NCBI GenBank assembly: GCA_951813565.1
Contig: OX638351.1
Coordinates: 4,608,001 to 4,672,000, forward strand
Direction: 5' to 3'
Length of the DNA stretch: 64,000 nt
Source of the DNA: an uncultured Poribacteria bacterium
Lineage (GTDB): Bacteria > Poribacteria > WGA-4E > WGA-3G
The notes beneath the pieces were generated by a model. It was not told the origin of the DNA, searched no databases, and saw only the letters and a list, made by a program, of their open reading frames with translations. Shown here in pieces: positions 51,275 to 60,622 of this stretch (its first letter is position 1; each line of letters begins with the position of its first letter). The position numbers were made by a program, and so were the translations under genes.

Positions 51275-52638
51275 TGGTTCTGTTCCTCTCTAATTTCCCT
51301 CGCTAGTTCTTCTAAAACACGAGCCCCAAGATTCATTGGTATCGCAGCTTCAGCATGTGCTGAAATAAGAGGCGATAAGGAATTTGGATAACGGGATGAG
51401 ACTAATTGATCAAGCAATCTAAGTGCATCGGCTAATCGAGGATACTGATTAGGGTCTGCCCTAGTCATATCGCGATGTGAATCATCTAAGAAAGGGAGTG
51501 ATGCAACGAGACGGGCACCTGATGCCGTTTTATAAAATAATTTACGACCAAAGTGTGTATCTGTCCCGTATGCCTTCGGACTATCCGAGAATCTTATATT
51601 TTTCTTGATGTACTCGTCAGTTAACAAAGAAACATTTTGCCTAGGAAATTCGTCTTGTTCACCACGTTTATTCTGATCGATCCTTTCAAAATGATCGACA
51701 AAAATACCTGACTTTTCTATCCCAATTATTAGTAAATCTTGACCCGTAGCGAATTTAACGGCATCATTGATTAGATAAAGTTCCTCGCGGATCGCGGAGT
51801 GCAACCAAGCAGGAGAACCAAAGACAGCGAGTGATCCATCAATTACAATTGCTGTATTTTTAAGTAAGTGGAGAGCATTCTGCTGCTGAAACCCACGCAA
51901 GATATGAATAACCACGAGACGTTCAAAAACTTGCATAATCTCACCAAACATTTCTCCGTTGGCACTGTCAGGGATCATTCTTTCGTGGACTCGTAAAGCG
52001 TCAGTGGAGTAAAGAGTATTTGCACTTGGACATTGGCATGTATATTTCCCGTTTTCGCGGTGATACTTGTTATCAGCTAGCTGACAATCTCCTTCTGCGG
52101 AATACGGACAATCTGGTTCTGTTCCTGTGGGTTTGTGTGCCAATAATGCTTCGTATGTTTCAAGAAGCGATTCACCTTCTAATACTTTAATGTCATTAAG
52201 GTATTCAAATAGCATTTTCCTTAACGAACGTTTGGCAGATTTTTCCTTATCAATAACAATGTTACAGCCAGGGAAAGCCGTATCAATAGAACCAACGTTC
52301 TCGGTTTCTCGATATAATTTAGGGTTAACCGGTCTGTGAGAGCCAAGCTCCCTAATTTTTGCCATATTCATCAAAACAGCAGCAGTCGTAACATATCCCA
52401 CTTCAGCCCCAGGATAGCCAGTTTCTACAGGTGTTCTTTGGTAACTTCCATCAATAGCAATAACAAATTTCGGGTCCCACTCACTTACGGGAATCTCAGA
52501 AGTTTTTATCAGAGGAAGTGTAGTTTCATCCGAAGAGTAATCTTGAATCCTTGCCCGCTGCATTAAACTTTTTACGCGTGCGTTGTTGACAAGTCGTCTA
52601 ATAGATCGGTAATGTGCGAATTCGCCTTCGTATGGCAT
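51271..52638 (-). CDS. NurA-family nuclease
   Basis: IAIDGS, E-x(n)-VIDGSL, IIGIEKSG, C-terminal PL..AH..A; Cys cluster CPY..C..CQC. Confidence 0.8.
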   Translation of the reverse strand: MPYEGEFAHYRSIRRLVNNARVKSLMQRARIQDYSSDETTLPLIKTSEIPVSEWDPKFVIAIDGSYQRTPVETGYPGAEVGYVTTAAVLMNMAKIRELGSHRPVNPKLYRETENVGSIDTAFPGCNIVIDKEKSAKRSLRKMLFEYLNDIKVLEGESLLETYEALLAHKPTGTEPDCPYSAEGDCQLADNKYHRENGKYTCQCPSANTLYSTDALRVHERMIPDSANGEMFGEIMQVFERLVVIHILRGFQQQNALHLLKNTAIVIDGSLAVFGSPAWLHSAIREELYLINDAVKFATGQDLLIIGIEKSGIFVDHFERIDQNKRGEQDEFPRQNVSLLTDEYIKKNIRFSDSPKAYGTDTHFGRKLFYKTASGARLVASLPFLDDSHRDMTRADPNQYPRLADALRLLDQLVSSRYPNSLSPLISAHAEAAIPMNLGARVLEELAREIREEQNQ

Positions 52639-52641
52639 AAA

Positions 52642-54711
52642 CTATACCTCAAATTTTTTGATTTGCACTGGCACAACGAAAGGGTTACTAAGAGTTTTAA
52701 CTCGGAGAAATCCTCTGTCTTGGGCGCGCAGAATTGAATTCTCAAAATCAGCGAAATCGTAGAATTTACAAAGCTCTCTTATTTCGTCTTTGTTGTTCAA
52801 ATGTCCGATGAACCAGTTCGCTGCGTTCTTAAGAATGTTCTTTTGAATACTGCTAACCTCTTGAGTGATACAGACCATACCGAGATTATACTTAGCTCCT
52901 TCTTTGGCTGTTCGCACCCATACATTTTTAAGGTCAGTTTCCGATCCGTGAAGTAACAAATTATGTGCTTCTTCAATGTAGATGAGAATATCTGGAAGAT
53001 CCTCATTTCTTCGGAATTTTCCCTGATTTTCACGAAAGATTCGCGACATAATCCGTTCCGCGGAAGACTCATTAACTTCCGGTTCACCACTGGACTGATC
53101 AATTATTACAAGTTTGCCTTCCTCCAATTCGTTATAAATGTCTTCTGCAAAGTCAGCGTCTGTTTCTTCTGTATGCTTGTTACGTGCCTGACCCATCTGA
53201 TTTGCCCCGGCGGGATGCTGGAACATTCTCAAAATATTAACAAGGTCAGTATCTGCCCAACTTTGGCCAGAGCTAGACCCAGCTATATATGAACTGTTGA
53301 ATTCTGTGTAGGATTGGGTATTTATAAAGGAGTTCAGGCCTTTAAATGCTATTGATAGGCTATCCCAAGGCGGAGTATCCATTGCAAAAATATCTGATGC
53401 CTCCACTATTTCTTGATTAGTGTCTATATGTCTCATCCTATCTAACAATTCGTTACTAAACAAACCTCTTAGATCAGGATTTAACTCAGTGGGAACCGCA
53501 AAACCAGCATTCTTTAGCAAGGTTTGGTAGGCTAAGACCCTACGCCTGTATCGAGTCATAGCACCGCGATCAGTTTCTGATGGCTTATCAAACCTCACTT
53601 GGACGAAGTTTTGTATGTATATCGTTCCTTCGTTGACAAAGACCTCATTTATTATTTCTTTTCCAATTTGGAGCATATCTTCGTTGTAAAAGTTAATCCG
53701 CATCAACTTTCGACAAGGATCATTATCGTGTGTTAGAATACCGTAGGTTACGACATCTTCCTTATCTCCATTTTTCGATTCCCAAACATTTTTCAGAGCT
53801 GTCTTATTATCTTGTACATTTTCATTGGCGTATTCCCCATCAGGATCAAATATAATTTGTCCGATGTGAAGCGGTTTTTTTGAATCGAATCGTAAATCAA
53901 ACACAGATTTGGCAATAATTTTAGTTGTGTTTGACTTACCTGTTCTTGTCATGCCAAAAAGGACAGTTTTCTGTTGAAGCAAATCCACAGGACTGATGCT
54001 CACCCCTACATTTGAGATGCCCTGAAATGCCCTGTTGGTTGAAGCGTAACGCACTTCTCCAATAGGAACACGTGTCTGATTTTGATTTATCAAGTCCTCA
54101 AGACGGTCAACATCCTGATAATTTACAATCTTTTCCAAAGAGTTATCGTTTGGCTTATAGACTGCCAACCCTCGATTCGGATAGTAATTGGAAAGATCGC
54201 TACCAAAACGTGGTGCTAAAACTGGAGGATCATCACTGACACGATCAAGAAAAAACGTTCCAATCACGCGACACCCTACACCAGCGAATGACAGTTTTTG
54301 ACTTGTTTGTAGATCCATCGCATCTAGGTCCCAGTGCCTACTAGGTTCGCCACTAACTTCTTCTGCACTTTCAACCCGTATTCGTTCTGCCTCACTACTG
54401 GTTGGAAGCGGAACCGCGTCCATAACTCTTAACAGAATGATAGAACTATCTTCAAGCATATAATCAATTTCTGTTTCATCAGGTTTAACACGTGTGGCAA
54501 TTAAAAAACTCAGACTTGGGATACCTCCAACTTCTTTGCGGAAGTGGTCGTGAACTAGAACATTAGCCGTTTCATAACTAATTGAATAAACATCTCCAAT
54601 ATACTGGCTTTCTTGGATAAGTGTTTTAAACCATTCATCCGCCTGGTTTGTTAATAGGTTATCTTGTTCTTCATCAATTGCTTCTTGTATTGGTAATTCA
54701 GAGTGATTCAT
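52642..54711 (-). CDS. HerA/FtsK-family ATPase (DUF87) with N-terminal barrel
   Basis: Walker A FGMTRTGKSN, IFDPDGEY, Walker B IYIEEAHN, AKEGAKY, ITQ. Confidence 0.88.
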   Translation of the reverse strand: MNHSELPIQEAIDEEQDNLLTNQADEWFKTLIQESQYIGDVYSISYETANVLVHDHFRKEVGGIPSLSFLIATRVKPDETEIDYMLEDSSIILLRVMDAVPLPTSSEAERIRVESAEEVSGEPSRHWDLDAMDLQTSQKLSFAGVGCRVIGTFFLDRVSDDPPVLAPRFGSDLSNYYPNRGLAVYKPNDNSLEKIVNYQDVDRLEDLINQNQTRVPIGEVRYASTNRAFQGISNVGVSISPVDLLQQKTVLFGMTRTGKSNTTKIIAKSVFDLRFDSKKPLHIGQIIFDPDGEYANENVQDNKTALKNVWESKNGDKEDVVTYGILTHDNDPCRKLMRINFYNEDMLQIGKEIINEVFVNEGTIYIQNFVQVRFDKPSETDRGAMTRYRRRVLAYQTLLKNAGFAVPTELNPDLRGLFSNELLDRMRHIDTNQEIVEASDIFAMDTPPWDSLSIAFKGLNSFINTQSYTEFNSSYIAGSSSGQSWADTDLVNILRMFQHPAGANQMGQARNKHTEETDADFAEDIYNELEEGKLVIIDQSSGEPEVNESSAERIMSRIFRENQGKFRRNEDLPDILIYIEEAHNLLLHGSETDLKNVWVRTAKEGAKYNLGMVCITQEVSSIQKNILKNAANWFIGHLNNKDEIRELCKFYDFADFENSILRAQDRGFLRVKTLSNPFVVPVQIKKFEV

Positions 54712-54747
54712 TGTTATATTCTCTTGTGCCTTCTCTAATTGGATGAC

Positions 54748-54870
54748 GGTTTACCACCAAAGGATTTACGTTCGGCACCTACTTACCGTTCTTGCAGTTT
54801 CTTTAAGTCATATTCGGGTAAAAGGTCGTCCTGTATTGTTAGCTTATTTTTCTGCCTATCTTCTTTTTTT
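54748..54870 (-). pseudogene. Remnant resembling a BrnA-like antitoxin N-terminus
   Basis: Minus-strand QDDLLPEYDLKKLQER*VGAERKSFGG, broken by TAA and truncated. Confidence 0.4.
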
Positions 54871-54879
54871 GGACAAACT

Positions 54880-54908
54880 ATTATACCACATACTTCGGTA
54901 AATAGCAA
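54880..54908 (-). promoter_or_regulatory. Sigma70-type promoter upstream of the herA-nurA-MTase operon
   Basis: Minus strand TTGCTA-17-TATAAT with TG extension. Confidence 0.55.
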
Positions 54909-55069
54909 TGCAAGTTAATTACAGAGAGTGTAAGGTATTTGTCGGAGTCTGCACTCATCGGAATGTAGACTCGGGTCTCTGTGCCTGCAGTTGTTGATAC
55001 ATCTCAGATATCGACCAGCTCAACATTAAAAACCTCAGTATTTCTTGGATTAGACGATTGGTACTCACA

Positions 55070-57790
55070 TTACTCATCCGTTGGCAACTCCGCTAATATT
55101 TGATCACGTACCTTTTGTGGGTCTGCGACAGGTTGTACATAAAACCGATCGATTGCTTGTCCTCCCAAGCCAGAACATTTACACATCTCAACGTTCAACT
55201 CCAATTTCGCTAAAATCCCGCTGAAATAGTGCAGAAAACCGACCTTCTCCTCTCCTGTCACCACAATTTCTGTGTAATTTCTCGCAGTTTCTACAGTAAC
55301 ATCGTCAATTCGCCATGTGCCTGTCGGATCAACATAGTGCTTCTCAAAAATCTGTTCAAGTGTTACCTCTTGTGCCATCAAGCTCCGAATGTCAAAATCC
55401 AGATCACGCTTTAATTCCTCGTCAAGCGGCAGCGGTTCAGCGGAGGCGTGTGGTGGTTGATGCACAAGACGATAAATTTCCAACTCAATGTGCGAATCTT
55501 GTTTTGTGTAAACACGCGCATCACGGACATCAATGTTATTCGCAAAAAACAGACCGCTCACCGTATGCAACTTACCAACACGACTACGACCACAAAGATG
55601 CAATTCTGTAAAACCCTGTTTGTCAACAAACTGGAGGATAGCTGCATTTGCTGTCCGATTCGCATCATCAGAGGATGTTGCCTCCGCTTGTGAAATCATT
55701 TTTATATGCATGGATATTTCTTCTGGTGGAATACCGATACGATAAGTAACTGGCATCTGATGAAGGAAATGCTGAAATTCTGCTGGCGGCGCGGAAACAC
55801 CCCATTGCGACTCCTCTTGACCTACGAAACGCACCCGCACAACTTCGTACAACCGCTTGAGATTATGTTTTACCAGATTGCTAAAACTTTGGGAACCGTT
55901 CGCTTTTGAATCACAATAGGTTAGCAGATAGAGCGCTGTTAGACGTTCTAACGAATTAACCTTTTCGCAAAACTCTGAGATAGTACTCTCATCCCATTGA
56001 TGATAACGTGCCAATGTTATCATTGTGAGATGCTCTCGAATTAGGAAGGATATCTCATCTGTCTGTTGTGGATTAAACCCAAATTCTGGGGCGATACGTT
56101 TTGCTTTTACGGCGCCTGTCTCCGGATGAGTCGGGTCAGGTTTATCAATATCATGCAAAAAAAGTGCCATGTATAGCGATCCTGGATCGGATAGTGAGCG
56201 AAAAGCAGTGTTCAACTCCTCTAACTCAGAACTTGGAGAAGGGGTCATCGGTTGACCGAGGCGGGCACCCCCAAACGGACTACTTGACTCAGTGCGGCGA
56301 ATTTCATCAAGATGTCCGATCGCGGTAAGTGTGTGTTTGCCTACGGTATATGGATCAAGGCTTCGTTCGCTCCGTGTCATCATCGCTTTTTCAAAACGTT
56401 CTCCTCCGTCACCGAGTCGAGACAATATCCCGAGTCTGTGTAGACGGGTTAGAGTCTTTTCAACATTACCGGGTGTGTTGATGAGTTCGGCCATTCTCGG
56501 TTTAAAACGGTCCCAATCAAACGCGTCAACATAAGCGAAAATAAAGGTGGCAAGTGAAGGGGCAATCTCAAAATCGTACTGTTGGAAATAGGTGAATAGT
56601 TTAAATAGTTCATCTGTATCAAGTTCACCGAAATTGTTATCAATACAGTAAAGCACATCTGTTCGCACACCGAGTACATCGGAAACTGGAATTCCGTTGG
56701 CGAGAAACTTTCGGATTAATAGTTCCGCCTTAAAATGCAGATACTTGGCTTTAGCGTAATAGTCCGCCATAAAATCATAACGGGATTCCTCTGTTTTGTC
56801 TGAATAACCGAGTGCAGTTGCAATTTGCGACTGAAGTGTGTCCTCTTGTTCTGGATGGTAAGAGAGTGAATCGTGGGGTGCATCTGCTAAAACGTGTAAC
56901 ATATTCCGCACCTTGAACATAAAATCAAGAGATGGTATCAGTTGTTCATCATCATATCGTTGATAAAGTTCAGGTATAGAGATAAACTGAGGAAGTCCAC
57001 ACATCCAGAGAGCATATTGAAGTGTCCGTAAACCTCCACGCCCCGTTTTGATATCGGGTTGATTGAGGTAGATCGTATCCTCGGAGGCTTTAAAGGAATC
57101 TGCTTTTGATTGTAGGAGGTCCAGCACAAGTGAAATGTCAGATTTATCGGAATGGACCGCTTTTCGGAATTTTTCTGTCAGTGTCTCATTGCCAACGATA
57201 AATCGCATATCAATCAGTGCGGTCATGTCTTGGTAGTTCCACTTAGTTATATCTGCCATTGGACGGTAGATAAAACTAAATTCAAAGCCGGGAATTACTG
57301 TATGTAGACTATCAAAAAAATCATAGAACCACCGAATAAGTTCCAGAGTGCCTTCGTCATACACATCCTCAAGATCAACAGAAGAGGTATATACAACGTC
57401 TACATCTGAATAGTAGCAGAGTTCATTTCTACCATAACTGCCTACACCGTAAAGCGCAACATCAGGTGACCATTCTTCTGGAACTTCATCCATAAAATCA
57501 CTATAATCAACCCCAGGAATCTTGAGTAGTTCTTCAACCTGTTTTGTGTATTCACCCTGAATCTGATAGGAAGCGACTTCGTAAACTTTCTGGATAACAG
57601 CATCCCATATCTGTGTGTGCATAGAACACGCAGAAAACCCGCTCTCTCCTTCCAAGATATGAGTTTTGAGTTGTTCCCGCTCAGATTTAATGAAAGCAGC
57701 TAACTGTTGTTGCAACACTTCTTGAGAGATATTTAGATTTGGAATGAATTGTGTAAGTCGGTTTTCAATCTGTATAGACATCGGCTTCAA
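55070..57790 (-). CDS. glnD: [Protein-PII] uridylyltransferase family protein
   Basis: GVGSYGRNEL..SDVDV, PDIKTGRGGLR, HD domain LHDIDK, ACT-like C-terminus ending AIDRFYV. Confidence 0.8.
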   Translation of the reverse strand: MKPMSIQIENRLTQFIPNLNISQEVLQQQLAAFIKSEREQLKTHILEGESGFSACSMHTQIWDAVIQKVYEVASYQIQGEYTKQVEELLKIPGVDYSDFMDEVPEEWSPDVALYGVGSYGRNELCYYSDVDVVYTSSVDLEDVYDEGTLELIRWFYDFFDSLHTVIPGFEFSFIYRPMADITKWNYQDMTALIDMRFIVGNETLTEKFRKAVHSDKSDISLVLDLLQSKADSFKASEDTIYLNQPDIKTGRGGLRTLQYALWMCGLPQFISIPELYQRYDDEQLIPSLDFMFKVRNMLHVLADAPHDSLSYHPEQEDTLQSQIATALGYSDKTEESRYDFMADYYAKAKYLHFKAELLIRKFLANGIPVSDVLGVRTDVLYCIDNNFGELDTDELFKLFTYFQQYDFEIAPSLATFIFAYVDAFDWDRFKPRMAELINTPGNVEKTLTRLHRLGILSRLGDGGERFEKAMMTRSERSLDPYTVGKHTLTAIGHLDEIRRTESSSPFGGARLGQPMTPSPSSELEELNTAFRSLSDPGSLYMALFLHDIDKPDPTHPETGAVKAKRIAPEFGFNPQQTDEISFLIREHLTMITLARYHQWDESTISEFCEKVNSLERLTALYLLTYCDSKANGSQSFSNLVKHNLKRLYEVVRVRFVGQEESQWGVSAPPAEFQHFLHQMPVTYRIGIPPEEISMHIKMISQAEATSSDDANRTANAAILQFVDKQGFTELHLCGRSRVGKLHTVSGLFFANNIDVRDARVYTKQDSHIELEIYRLVHQPPHASAEPLPLDEELKRDLDFDIRSLMAQEVTLEQIFEKHYVDPTGTWRIDDVTVETARNYTEIVVTGEEKVGFLHYFSGILAKLELNVEMCKCSGLGGQAIDRFYVQPVADPQKVRDQILAELPTDE

Positions 57791-57998
57791 GATAATTTTT
57801 GTTTGTATTGGTATAATGAACTTTGGTGAGATTTTACGTTTTTAGTTCTGTGTATTATACATCTAATATGAATTAATGACAACATTTTTTCAATTCCCGC
57901 TCCATCTTTTTTCTTGACACACTTTTTGGACATTGCTAATATGCAAAACGTTGGTAATCCAAATACATCAACCGTCATCAACATTGGAGAAATTACTA

Positions 57999-58787
57999 AT
58001 GAACGAAGAACAAAAATATCTATTTGATTTGACGGGATATATTATTGTTGAAAATGCACTCTCCACCGAAGAGGTTGAACAGTGCAACGCAGCAATTGAC
58101 CACCACATAGAACAGCTTAGAGAACGTGAGAATTCTTTGGCAGGTGGTTCAGAAGCACTTTTTGGAACAGCTCACCGTATGGATATGGGTGGCATGTTGG
58201 CATGGGAAAAACCGTGGTGTGAGCCTTTTCGTGAGTTACTGGTACATCCAAATGTTAAACCTCACTTGGAGGAAGTTTTAGGGAAAAAATACCGACTTGA
58301 CCACGGACCTGGCTTAATCGCTATGGAAGATGGTACTGAAGGCGGCACCTTACACGGTGGTGGGATTGAACGTCCTAATTTTTCTGAGGCATACTTTTTC
58401 AAATATGGTCGAATCTACACCGGACTTACCGTTGTTGAATATATGCTTGCCGATGAGGGACATGGTGACGGTGGTCTCGCTATCATCCCCGGTAGCCACA
58501 AAGCAAACCTACCATGTCCAAGTAATATGAAACGATACGAAAAACATCAGAACCTGGTGCTTGAAGTCAACGCTAAGGCAGGCGATGCTGTTATCTTCAC
58601 CGAAACTTTAACACACGGCACGCTCCCGTGGAAAGCATCGCATCAACGGCGCGCACTACTCTATAAGTTTAGTCCCGGTTTTCAAGCATATAGTGCAGGT
58701 GCACATCGCATTGAATACCCAGACTATATTGAAGATATGTCTCCTGAACAACGCGAAGTGATGGAAGCACCACACATAAGGCATTAG
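57999..58787 (+). CDS. Phytanoyl-CoA dioxygenase (PhyH) family
   Basis: FDLTGY, LHGG, IPGSHK, AGDAVIFTE..THG; GGAG RBS before ATG 57999. Confidence 0.88.
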   Translation: MNEEQKYLFDLTGYIIVENALSTEEVEQCNAAIDHHIEQLRERENSLAGGSEALFGTAHRMDMGGMLAWEKPWCEPFRELLVHPNVKPHLEEVLGKKYRLDHGPGLIAMEDGTEGGTLHGGGIERPNFSEAYFFKYGRIYTGLTVVEYMLADEGHGDGGLAIIPGSHKANLPCPSNMKRYEKHQNLVLEVNAKAGDAVIFTETLTHGTLPWKASHQRRALLYKFSPGFQAYSAGAHRIEYPDYIEDMSPEQREVMEAPHIRH

Positions 58788-58797
58788 GGAGGATACT

Positions 58798-59745
58798 ATG
58801 GCGAACCTACAAGTCGCAGTTATCGGATGTGGCGGACGCGGACGCGGACACATGAAAATCCTCTCCGAATTTGAGGATACCGACCTTGTTGCAATCTGTG
58901 ATCCGGTAGAAAACGCACGAAACAACGCAGGGGAAGCGTTCAACGTCTCAAACCGTTATGACACGATTGAAGCATTGCTTGACAATGAAACACTTGATGC
59001 AATTTTCGTTGCAACCCCAGCACATCTTAACGCAGAAGCCGCTGCGCCGTGTTTAGAACGTGGAGTTAATACCCTGCTCGAAAAACCGCCAGGGATGAGT
59101 GTTGAAGAAACCATTAATTTGCGGGATACTGCGAAGAAAACCGGTGCGAAAGGCATGGTAGGTTGGAATCGCCGTTTTCATCCAATTATTGTGGAAGCAA
59201 CGCAGCAAGTTAAATCACGTGGGGCCGTCACACAATTGGTCGGCGAATTTCACAAGAGTATTACCCGTTTGGCGCAATCGGGCAGATTCCCTGAACATCT
59301 AATGGATAATATGTTTTTGGAAACACCTATCCATGCCTTAGATACACTCCGTGCAATTGCCGAATCGGATGTTAAGGAAGTGCATAGTGTCGTCCAACGC
59401 GCAATTTCTGATTATAAAGATGTTCACGCAGCATTGATTCTGTTTGAGAACGGCTGTGTAGCACAACTTATTGCCAACTATACAACAGATGCACGCCTTG
59501 AAAGATATGAGATTCACGGCAGGAACATCTCGGCTTATCTTGAAGGCGTCTCACATGGTACAATTTTCTGTGATGGCACGCAACACAAACTCACTGAACC
59601 CGGAAGCGGGGGTACCGTTGAGCAAAACAAGTATTTCCTTGATTGCGTTAAGTCTAATACTCCTGTTTCACTTCCCGCTGCTAACTTGGACGAAGCAGTT
59701 AAAACGATGCAACTTGCAGCGGATATTTTAAGCGGATTAAAGTAG
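58798..59745 (+). CDS. Gfo/Idh/MocA family oxidoreductase
   Basis: IGCGGRG, LEKPP, GWNRRFHP, IHALD. Confidence 0.9.
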   Translation: MANLQVAVIGCGGRGRGHMKILSEFEDTDLVAICDPVENARNNAGEAFNVSNRYDTIEALLDNETLDAIFVATPAHLNAEAAAPCLERGVNTLLEKPPGMSVEETINLRDTAKKTGAKGMVGWNRRFHPIIVEATQQVKSRGAVTQLVGEFHKSITRLAQSGRFPEHLMDNMFLETPIHALDTLRAIAESDVKEVHSVVQRAISDYKDVHAALILFENGCVAQLIANYTTDARLERYEIHGRNISAYLEGVSHGTIFCDGTQHKLTEPGSGGTVEQNKYFLDCVKSNTPVSLPAANLDEAVKTMQLAADILSGLK

Positions 59746-59847
59746 GCACTCGCGTTATACGGTATTAGTTCGTAGGTTTCCCGTTGTTCTACCCAACCTA
59801 CATTTGATCCTTATTTCGAACTCACTTAATTTACTGATTGAATTTGA

Positions 59848-60573
59848 ATGAAAATCTTAGGCATTGATACCTCAACCCCTATCGGAAGCGTTGCCCTCAT
59901 AGATGATGACAACATAGTCGCTGAACACACCCTCAATATTGTTCAAGCACATTCCTCCAGACTGATGCCCGCAATTGACACTGTCCTTAAATGGGGGGAT
60001 ATTACGCCAAATGATTTAGATGGATGTGTTGTCGGTATTGGCCCTGGGTCGTTTACAGGTATCCGCATCGGTGTTGCGACAGCGAAATCGCTCTGCTATG
60101 CGGTTGACAAACCAATTGTCGGGGTGTCAACCTTAGAGGCTATTGCATACAATCTGCGGTGGACGAATGGGGTTGTCTGTCCAATTCTTGACGCTCGACG
60201 AAGTGAGATTTATGGTGGTGTTTTCCACGGCGGATCAGAATGGCAACGGCTCACCGATGATCTTTGCTTACCGATTGATGCGTTCTTAGACGAACTTGAT
60301 AGTCATACTTCACGAGATTCTGCTGTCATTTTCGTTGGTGATGGACTTGCGACGTACGGGAATACAGTCCAGGAGAGATTAGGTCAGACAGAGATAATAT
60401 CGGGGTTACAAACCCCTCCCACAAGAGAAGATGCAGTCCACTTTGCAGATGCAATTTTTAATGTGCCGCGGGGCGCAACTATTGCTAAACTCGGGGCGCA
60501 ACGTCTAAAACAAGGTGATAACGATAGTTATTGGACTTTAGTGCCGAACTATGTTAGAATCGGGTTGTATTAA
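59848..60573 (+). CDS. tsaB: tRNA threonylcarbamoyladenosine biosynthesis protein TsaB
   Basis: ILGIDTS, GPGSFTGIRIG, DARRSE, PNYVR. Confidence 0.93.
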   Translation: MKILGIDTSTPIGSVALIDDDNIVAEHTLNIVQAHSSRLMPAIDTVLKWGDITPNDLDGCVVGIGPGSFTGIRIGVATAKSLCYAVDKPIVGVSTLEAIAYNLRWTNGVVCPILDARRSEIYGGVFHGGSEWQRLTDDLCLPIDAFLDELDSHTSRDSAVIFVGDGLATYGNTVQERLGQTEIISGLQTPPTREDAVHFADAIFNVPRGATIAKLGAQRLKQGDNDSYWTLVPNYVRIGLY

Positions 60574-60622
60574 CAACCCACAACCTAAAACTGATTCCTG
60601 AATAACCCGCCCTTTTTTCAAT

